64,000 nucleotides of DNA, from positions 186,001 through 250,000 of the IMG/VR virus record IMGVR_UViG_3300033571_009404; one strand, written 5' to 3'. Shown here one piece after another: positions 57,129 through 64,000 of this stretch. The translations under genes and the position numbers were made by a program. The notes below the pieces were generated by a model. It saw only the letters and a list, made by a program, of their open reading frames with translations, was not told where the DNA came from and searched no databases. Positions within the stretch are counted from its first letter, which is position 1. Every line of letters begins with the position of its first letter.

Positions 57129-57755
57129 TTAGTGAATGGTTTTGGAATCGCCTTCGACGAAGGTGACGTCAGTCACAACTTCCGGATTGGCAGCTTGTTG
57201 TGCGTCATACGCAGCTTGTGCTTCTTCGTCATCCTTCTTCAGAACAGCTTCAGCAGCAGCCAGTGCTTCCGGATGTTGTTCAGCGATCTGCTTCATCTTG
57301 CCGATGAGGTTGCGTTCACCTTCTTCCAGAGCGATCAGGATCTCACGAGCGATCTTGTAGGTCGACTCTTCGTTCAGCACGGCGATCTTGGCGTACTGTT
57401 CCAGCAGACCGAATGCCCAGGTAACTTGCTGGATATCAGCATTGCCCGACAGATGCTTGTGTTGGTTGTAGACCTTGGCGATCTCGCCATTCAGGTGAAC
57501 GATGTCTTGAGCCAGCACGATCAGGTTGTTGCTGAAGGCTGCTGGATTGGTGACATGTGCCACGATGTTGGGATTCTCACGGCAACGATGGAGGATGCCT
57601 TCGTACTTGGCAACAGCAGCGATGATGTCATTGCGAGAATTCTTCAGATCATCGAACAGACTGTTGCCCGCTTTGGAATCTTTGGGCAAGACAATCTTAG
57701 ATTGCTTGTGCGCTTCGCCGCCTTTTTTCTTGGCGGTGGATTGTTTGGTAGACAT
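57129..57755 (-). CDS. Conserved helical hypothetical protein
   Basis: 208 aa, GGAG SD, strong codon bias, coiled-coil character. Confidence 0.7.
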   Translation of the reverse strand: MSTKQSTAKKKGGEAHKQSKIVLPKDSKAGNSLFDDLKNSRNDIIAAVAKYEGILHRCRENPNIVAHVTNPAAFSNNLIVLAQDIVHLNGEIAKVYNQHKHLSGNADIQQVTWAFGLLEQYAKIAVLNEESTYKIAREILIALEEGERNLIGKMKQIAEQHPEALAAAEAVLKKDDEEAQAAYDAQQAANPEVVTDVTFVEGDSKTIH

Positions 57756-57891
57756 GGTCTCTCCGTGTAAAAATTAAAGAATGAATCGCCAATCATTTGA
57801 CTATTCGTTTAGACCACTCCATCGTCATGTGGCGTAAGTCCGCTACATGATGGAGAAATCCTGTATTTTCCTACCATAACGGGGCAATGCC

Positions 57892-58740
57892 GTGTTAGAC
57901 CTACTGAGAAACTATTTAAATGGGGCGGTTCACCCCGATCTCGTTAATGAGTTTGTCAAAGCAGATAAAGTCTTCCAGACCTTCAGCCTGCAAGAAACAG
58001 ACTACGACGATATCTATACAGATATCCTGATGACGATCGATCAGAAGGACACACACGATACCACCGCTGAACTCATTGATGTCACAAGTCAGATGCTGGT
58101 GGATATCATGAGTCAACACAGCATTACCGTTGCGGATAACCTTCCGTTAGGTAAGCTGGTGGCGTTAGCCCAGAGCATTTGGGCAATGCAAAACTATGAT
58201 ACACCGTCAGCACTGCTGGCTATTGTGTATCAACATGAACCACCTGAAGATCTCTTCTCTGAATTGGTAGAGGTCACCATGGGTATTTCTGCAGAGCTTG
58301 CAGTGACCTGGGTGGTTAAGGTGGATATCGCTTTCATCAACGCCGTGCGTGAATATGCTAACGAACAGGAAGCAGCAATTCTCAACATGGTAGAAAGTGA
58401 AGCACCCTCGGAATACGCAGAGAACATGCGTCGCTTCTTACGTCTTTTAAAAGATCCTCCACTTCGTATTGTCGACGCCATTCGTCGCGGCATGAAGGTT
58501 GGATTCCCTTTCAAGATTTATGCCGATGCTGTTTTGCGTGATGCTGAGAGTCTGGAGATTAATCAGATTGCCAATGAATTAATTGGTATGGCTCTGATTA
58601 GTTCAGATGGTGCGCAAGATATCCGAGCCACTATCAACAAACACATGGAAGAATACATTCACAACACTGACATCATCGTGCGTGTGCAGAGTGTAATCTC
58701 AACCACCCTCCTGGAGTACGGCCGCTATGAACAAGCGTGA
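57892..58740 (+). CDS. Conserved phiKZ-like protein (gp79 position)
   Basis: 282 aa, GTG start; overlaps the start of the vRNAP subunit. Confidence 0.65.
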   Translation: MLDLLRNYLNGAVHPDLVNEFVKADKVFQTFSLQETDYDDIYTDILMTIDQKDTHDTTAELIDVTSQMLVDIMSQHSITVADNLPLGKLVALAQSIWAMQNYDTPSALLAIVYQHEPPEDLFSELVEVTMGISAELAVTWVVKVDIAFINAVREYANEQEAAILNMVESEAPSEYAENMRRFLRLLKDPPLRIVDAIRRGMKVGFPFKIYADAVLRDAESLEINQIANELIGMALISSDGAQDIRATINKHMEEYIHNTDIIVRVQSVISTTLLEYGRYEQA

Positions 58741-60028
58741 TTATTTCCTAGCCGCTTTAAAGGCTGGGTGCGGTAGGAAACGAGGCTGGGTTATCTCAGT
58801 CTTTGCAGTAACGGATGAAGGTGCTGAACGCTGGAAGAATGATCCTTATCAATTCCGCATCGTTCGTACCCCAAAGGCCATCTTCTTTGTTAATCAGAAT
58901 AAAGAATTAGAACCGATCGATGATGTCGATCCGACTAAGCCTTTATTCGTTCGCAATGAAGCCATCAGCTTAGCCATTAATGACATGGCCAACGTGTTCG
59001 ATCCCATTCGTACCACGTATGGCAACTGTCTGGCTAACGATGTACTTCTGTGCTGGCCGTTTGGCAAGAAGGTTCCTTTCATCACTGGTCGCTTTTCTAC
59101 CGGTGTGATTGAAGATGCAATTCTTTCTAAGATCACAGACGACGTCCAACCAGGTGTCTCAGGTGAAGATCCCAATGCGATCTACATCAACGAGTATCTG
59201 AAGTATGTCGACGGTACGGTCTACTTAACCAACTTCACGCAACTCTTTACCCCAGCAGGTACTGAGAAGACGATGACGTTCCACCCTCTGCGTAATGAAT
59301 TGAAAAAGCGCTTGCTGGAAGAGAACAAAGATCGTCTGCATGACCCGGCAGTGGTGGCATTGATTGAAGCCGAGCTGGTCAAGCTGGATAAGGAGTGGTT
59401 AAAGGGTGACCGTGGTGAAGACTTCTACATTAAAGGCAAGTCCTTTAACATCGTGCGTAAAAAGCTCGGTGGTATGTATGGTGCTGAACCGGGTCTGGAA
59501 GAAAAAGTGGAAGTGGACTTAATCAGTAACTCCCTGTCAGAAGGCTGGGACTTAAAGAAGTTCGCTTCTATGAACAACGCACAGCGTGCGGGTTCGTTTA
59601 ACCGTGGTGCTCAAACTGAATTGGGCGGTGAAGCTGTTAAGGCGCTGCTGCGTGCATCGTCTAACATTAACATCGTCAAGGGTGACTGCGGTACCAAGTT
59701 GGGTAAACCAATTGACGTAGATGGTTCTAACTACAAACAACTGGTAGGACGTTCTGTGCAATTGAAAGAAGGTCCCATCTTAGTCGATGCAGAATCTGCA
59801 AAGGCTTACGTGGGACGTCGAGTCATGGTTCGTTCTCCTCAATTCTGTCACTCACCTCTGACTGACCGATGCGAAGTTTGTATGGGTAAGAACTTAGCAG
59901 ATAACCCAGACGGTGCATCTGTTGCGATCTCCAACGTGGGATCGACCTTCTTAGCTATCTTCATGAGTGCAGCTCACTCTAAAGGTACGACCGTGGCGAA
60001 GATGGACTTGATGTCCGCCTTTAATTGA
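58727..60028 (+). CDS. Virion RNA polymerase beta' middle subunit (phiKZ gp80-like)
   Basis: SNSLSEGW, RAGSFNRGAQTELGGE..K, DCGT, VRSPQFC...CEVCMG Zn site and FMSAAH trigger-loop-like segment. Confidence 0.88.
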   Translation: MNKRDYFLAALKAGCGRKRGWVISVFAVTDEGAERWKNDPYQFRIVRTPKAIFFVNQNKELEPIDDVDPTKPLFVRNEAISLAINDMANVFDPIRTTYGNCLANDVLLCWPFGKKVPFITGRFSTGVIEDAILSKITDDVQPGVSGEDPNAIYINEYLKYVDGTVYLTNFTQLFTPAGTEKTMTFHPLRNELKKRLLEENKDRLHDPAVVALIEAELVKLDKEWLKGDRGEDFYIKGKSFNIVRKKLGGMYGAEPGLEEKVEVDLISNSLSEGWDLKKFASMNNAQRAGSFNRGAQTELGGEAVKALLRASSNINIVKGDCGTKLGKPIDVDGSNYKQLVGRSVQLKEGPILVDAESAKAYVGRRVMVRSPQFCHSPLTDRCEVCMGKNLADNPDGASVAISNVGSTFLAIFMSAAHSKGTTVAKMDLMSAFN

Positions 60029-60055
60029 CAATAAATACTTACCGCAGGAATCAGT

Positions 60056-61087
60056 ATGGGTAATAACAAACGCAACAAGCTTAACCTCCAGATGAAAGGA
60101 AAGAACGTGTCCAACGAATCGACTCAAGATCAGTCCAATGGTCAAGAAGATAAAGCACAAGGCCAAGAGCAAGCTAAAGAAGTTGTTCAAGCAAGCCAAG
60201 CGCCTGTGGAAGGTCAGGAACAAAAAGATCAAAAGCCGCCTGTCGAAGGTAACGTGAAAGATGGTGAAGTCCCTCAAGTCCCTCCTGCTTCCGAAGCCGC
60301 TATCGCTGCCCAAGGTGACAAGTCTGCCAACGAAGCTGTCCCGACTTCCGGATCCATCTCCAGTGATGTCCCGCCCACTCCTGAAAAGCCAATCGTCGAT
60401 GAAGCGTTGGCAGCTGCGATCAACGCTCAAGCCAACGGTCCTAAAACCGTAGCTCCAGCTGAAGTCGTGAACCAGGGTACCAAGGACTCGTCTTCGCAGA
60501 TCCAGACCCCGGTGGCGACTCCCGTGCCTCCTGCTGTTCCGACTCCTCCGATGCCTGCCATGAAGCTGGCTGACAAAGTGGAAGTCAAGCAAGTTCCGGT
60601 GGCTCAAGATTCGACCGCTACTCCGGGTGTCGTCAGTGAAATGCAAGCCGTGCTGGATTCGGAAAAGATCCCCACTGGTGTGAAGATGGCACTGCATGCG
60701 ATCCAGAGCTACGAAGAAACCATGAAGGTCGGTCGTCCAGTCAAGACTGAAGTGGGTGCTGCTCAACAACGCGGCCTGTACCTGTCGGTCAAGGCCATCA
60801 TCGAACAGACCCCGGTGGGCGACTTCAAGCAAGTCTTCCGCTCCCTGCTGAAGACGGTCGAAGCCAACCGCACTGGCTGCTTCGCACCGCACGCTATCTT
60901 CCGTTTCCTGAAGGATGGCAAGCTGAACTCGGAAGAGATCAACATGTTCCGTCAATCGATGGACATGCTGGTGCGTCTGGCCCCGGTGGCTGGTCGTACT
61001 GAAACCCTGCGTCAAACCGACATCCGTAAAGCACTGGCTGGTTACAACCCGGCTGCTGTGGATCGTGTCGTTGCTTACTTCGAGTAA
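60056..61087 (+). CDS. Protein with a long P/A/Q/E-rich disordered N-terminus and a helical C-terminal domain (alternative start GTG 60107)
   Basis: 343 aa, low-complexity first ~200 aa, strong codon bias. Confidence 0.7.
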   Translation: MGNNKRNKLNLQMKGKNVSNESTQDQSNGQEDKAQGQEQAKEVVQASQAPVEGQEQKDQKPPVEGNVKDGEVPQVPPASEAAIAAQGDKSANEAVPTSGSISSDVPPTPEKPIVDEALAAAINAQANGPKTVAPAEVVNQGTKDSSSQIQTPVATPVPPAVPTPPMPAMKLADKVEVKQVPVAQDSTATPGVVSEMQAVLDSEKIPTGVKMALHAIQSYEETMKVGRPVKTEVGAAQQRGLYLSVKAIIEQTPVGDFKQVFRSLLKTVEANRTGCFAPHAIFRFLKDGKLNSEEINMFRQSMDMLVRLAPVAGRTETLRQTDIRKALAGYNPAAVDRVVAYFE

Positions 61088-61105
61088 GACCTGCGCCGAT
61101 AGAGA

Positions 61106-61152
61106 GCCAATTCCTATGGAGAGCCTTAATGGTTATCTCCATGGGGATTGGC
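61106..61152 (+). terminator. 17-bp hairpin with two G-U pairs upstream of the endolysin
   Basis: GCCAATTCCTATGGAGA ... TCTCCATGGGGATTGGC. Confidence 0.55.
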
Positions 61153-61175
61153 CCCTATTACGTTAGGAGAAAAAG

Positions 61176-62138
61176 ATGAGTCTGGATCCAGCTAAGATGG
61201 ATACGAACCACATCAAGAATGTACAGAAAGTACTTAACGATAAGTTGGGGAGTAACCTTGAGATTACGGGTAAGTTTGATATTTTAACCCGTGTCGCACT
61301 CGCTAGGTTTCAGCGTAAGATGCAAATACCAGAGACATGCAACTACGATGAAGCTACACAGCTGTTGATTGAACCATCGATTAAAGGAGTTAGCATGTCT
61401 GACAACGGATTAGTAATTACTCAAGACCAGTTCCGTCAAATGGTCGGCACTGATGCAGCGACTGCAGCTGCTTGGTATGAACCCATGACTGCCGCGATGG
61501 TGGAGTGCGGTATTGTCACCAAACTGGATGCCTGTGCATTCTTGGCTCAAATCGGTCATGAGACCAATGGCTTAAAAGTTCTGTCCGAGAACCTGAACTA
61601 CAGCGCCGATGGTCTGGCTAATACTTGGCCCAACCGCTACGCTGAAGTTGTGAACGGTCAGTACGTCAAAGTACCAGCACCTACTCCAGCAGGTCGTCCT
61701 ACTGTTGGTACCCCCGTCATGCGTTATAAACCCAATGCACTGGCATTGAAGTTAAACCGCAATCCTCAAGCGATCGCTAACAACGTCTATGCTAATCGCT
61801 TAGGTAATGGCGATGAAGCTTCTGGTGATGGTTGGAACCATCGTGGCATGGGTCCTATCCAGTTAACGGGTAAAGACAACCAAGCTACCATGGGTAAGAA
61901 GTTGGGTGTAGATCTGGTAGCTAACCCTGAACTCCTGATGCAGCCTGTTATCGGTAGTCGTGCTTCGGCACACTTCTGGTTAGACAATGGCGTTTCTGCA
62001 TTCGCTAACAAGGGTGACTTTGATGGCGTATCGGACAAAGTCAATCTGGGTCGTAAGACTGAGAAGATTGGCGATGCGATTGGCTATGCTGATCGTCTGT
62101 CCCGTTTCAATGCTAACCGCAAGCTGCTGAATGTGTAA
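61176..62138 (+). CDS. Endolysin: N-terminal peptidoglycan-binding domain plus GH19 (chitinase-like) lysozyme domain
   Basis: PG_binding_1-like VQKVL...ITGKFD..T..AL..FQ; GH19 motifs FLAQIGHET, ENLNYS, YANRLGNG and G.GPIQLTG.DN. Confidence 0.85.
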   Translation: MSLDPAKMDTNHIKNVQKVLNDKLGSNLEITGKFDILTRVALARFQRKMQIPETCNYDEATQLLIEPSIKGVSMSDNGLVITQDQFRQMVGTDAATAAAWYEPMTAAMVECGIVTKLDACAFLAQIGHETNGLKVLSENLNYSADGLANTWPNRYAEVVNGQYVKVPAPTPAGRPTVGTPVMRYKPNALALKLNRNPQAIANNVYANRLGNGDEASGDGWNHRGMGPIQLTGKDNQATMGKKLGVDLVANPELLMQPVIGSRASAHFWLDNGVSAFANKGDFDGVSDKVNLGRKTEKIGDAIGYADRLSRFNANRKLLNV

Positions 62139-62150
62139 CTGACGGCATAT

Positions 62151-62185
62151 GTCCCCGACACCTCCTTGTGAGAAGTGTCGGGGAC
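62151..62185. terminator. Bidirectional terminator-like hairpin
   Basis: GTCCCCGACAC...GTGTCGGGGAC, flanked by GCATAT / GTATGAC. Confidence 0.75.
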
Positions 62186-62203
62186 TGTATGACCGCAGAT
62201 CCT

Positions 62204-64000
62204 CTATACGGTCATGACCTCCATGCTAGTGAGGTTAGGGGGCACTAAGATTTGATTGGTTTCAGGTGGAGGTAATGCAGGCGTTTCAGCAGCTAAGTCT
62301 TTAGCTAACTGAGCTTCCCATGCGGTCAGTTCAGCACAATTGAACAAACCAACAGCGACTTCAATAGCATTGACTGGACCCCCTGAGAGGTTGATCCCCT
62401 GACGTCGACGTTCAAGTTCAGACACGCCTTCGATAGAGCACAGTTCACGCCATGTAGTACGCTTACAAATGTTAAACACAGAACCACCATTCGGATAAGA
62501 TGCTGACACGTCTAAGTCAGCCACCTGAATACGAATGTTTGTTCGTAACGTTGGATCTTCCTCAATGATGCATAGACCATTGTCAGCTACCAAGTGTGCT
62601 GGTAGGGTAATGATCCATTCAGAGTTGGCAATCGTTAAATCATCTAGCGGTGTCTTAAGACTATCGCCAGCAGTACCGATGACCTTGTTCTTCTCCAACA
62701 AGAAGTAATGTAGTTCCGACACTAAGCGTGTAGGTTGAGACTTAAACTTAGCAAAGTCAGCGCAACCTGCCATAGACGGCACTTGCAGTGACAAGTCAAG
62801 CGTAGTCTCATCGAGTTCTTCCATCGAGATGCAGTCAAATACGTTGTAGATGACATATTCAAGAGGATAGTTCGATTGCATGAACATGTGCCATTCTGCT
62901 TTATGCAGATGGTCAGCTTCTTTGAACTTCAGTTTACGAATACCTAACTTTTTATCCAGAATCGCATCGAGGGCATAAGACGGTTCTTCACCATCAGCAA
63001 TACGGATAAGCTTGTAAGCACACATGCCGTCGATCCAATAGAACGAGGACGGGCAGTGCACGGTATTCCAACGCTCATGGTTCTTCAGCGGTTTGACTTT
63101 ACCGGAGGCTGAGACAAACTGAGTAGGACCAGGGGCGTACTTGAAGAACTTGAAGTTACGAGGTACGGATGGATCGCAGAAGATATCAGCTGGATCTACA
63201 CCTTTCTTCTCCAACGCATGCAGCATCAACGGCATGTCGAAGTCGATGTTCCACACAGTCATGAAGTCAGGTTTCCATTCGTGTGCTTTTTGCATACAAC
63301 GACGAATGACGTCTACTTCGCTATCGACGATCTCCACTTCCCACTGCAAGCCGCGCTTCTTAATAAAGTCAACGGACTCACCGTTGGAGTTAGTGAAGTC
63401 GCCTAGGTAGTACTTAAACTTCTCTTGCAGTCGATTAATCACATCAGCATGACCCTCAACAAAGAAACGCTGCACCGCAGTGTAGACACGTCCTTTGTAA
63501 GAAACCGTTGCCATGTTGATTTCATCAGTACCATGCACCATGTCTTTTTCAGTATCGAATGCTGCCACTGAATACTGAGTGTTCAGATCAGGGAAGTTAT
63601 TTTGATACTTACGTTTGATGACAGATACCGATGGAATGTCAGCGCCATAAAGGAACGGACTATTCGACAGTTGTTTGTAACTCCCACGGAAACCAGGATT
63701 ACCTAATGCCCGTGCGATGTTGCGGTTCAGTTGAGACTGCGTGCTCTTAAACTCAAGAAGCTTACTGACATCTTCTTCTTCTTTTTTATCCTTGTGATCA
63801 CGAAACCCAGGTTTGGTGATCCAGAAGGGTCGTTCAAAGTCCCGTAGATAACGCAAATGCGGAACGGTGGTTCCATCCTTTAAGTGGATGTTTTCTTTTA
63901 CCATGTGTAAATCATGGTCACTACCAAACTGATCGCGGCAAAACACAGCAAAACGGCATTCGATGCCAGCGATGTCTTCACGTGCTAACTTTACTTGCTG
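62204..64000 (-). CDS. Split family-B DNA polymerase, exonuclease/motif-A subunit (phiKZ gp82-like); true start lies beyond the right edge
   Basis: ExoI AAFDTEK, ExoII WNIDFD, ExoIII YNVFDC and PolB motif A DLDVSASYP. The frame stays open to 64000 (QQVKLAREDIAGIECRFAVFCRD). Confidence 0.88.
   Translation of the reverse strand, partial: QQVKLAREDIAGIECRFAVFCRDQFGSDHDLHMVKENIHLKDGTTVPHLRYLRDFERPFWITKPGFRDHKDKKEEEDVSKLLEFKSTQSQLNRNIARALGNPGFRGSYKQLSNSPFLYGADIPSVSVIKRKYQNNFPDLNTQYSVAAFDTEKDMVHGTDEINMATVSYKGRVYTAVQRFFVEGHADVINRLQEKFKYYLGDFTNSNGESVDFIKKRGLQWEVEIVDSEVDVIRRCMQKAHEWKPDFMTVWNIDFDMPLMLHALEKKGVDPADIFCDPSVPRNFKFFKYAPGPTQFVSASGKVKPLKNHERWNTVHCPSSFYWIDGMCAYKLIRIADGEEPSYALDAILDKKLGIRKLKFKEADHLHKAEWHMFMQSNYPLEYVIYNVFDCISMEELDETTLDLSLQVPSMAGCADFAKFKSQPTRLVSELHYFLLEKNKVIGTAGDSLKTPLDDLTIANSEWIITLPAHLVADNGLCIIEEDPTLRTNIRIQVADLDVSASYPNGGSVFNICKRTTWRELCSIEGVSELERRRQGINLSGGPVNAIEVAVGLFNCAELTAWEAQLAKDLAAETPALPPPETNQILVPPNLTSMEVMTV

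Overview
This 64 kb window is phage DNA from a phiKZ-like, nucleus-forming jumbo myophage (Chimalliviridae-type). The gene order follows the phiKZ gp29 to gp82 core. From left to right it holds: a partial tail sheath, three virion genes, the large terminase, and a ~10 kb accessory array of unknown ORFs, many of them divergent paralogs. Then come PhuZ tubulin, a second paralog cluster, a hairpin-dense gene-free interval that looks like a ~340-nt structured RNA, and the polymerase half of a split family-B DNA polymerase. These are followed by chimallin (ChmA), four non-virion RNA polymerase subunits, an SbcD/Mre11-like nuclease, ChmC-like and PicA-like genes, an SF2 helicase and a DarG-like macrodomain. 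The end has a gene pair joined by a -1 slippery site, a virion RNAP subunit, a GH19 endolysin and the exonuclease half of the polymerase (partial). Strongest leads: (1) a T-TTT-TTT -1 frameshift at 55527-55533 giving a G/GT-chaperone-like fusion; (2) a candidate structured ncRNA at ~27685-28023; (3) the tandem paralog array at 12.5-18.8 kb; (4) a stand-alone DarG-like macrodomain; (5) a possible prfB-like +1 frameshift at 30704-30721; (6) an internal start in the endolysin. No tRNA, rRNA, CRISPR array, integrase or transposase was seen. Orthology to phiKZ gene numbers rests on remembered motifs and synteny, not on a database search.
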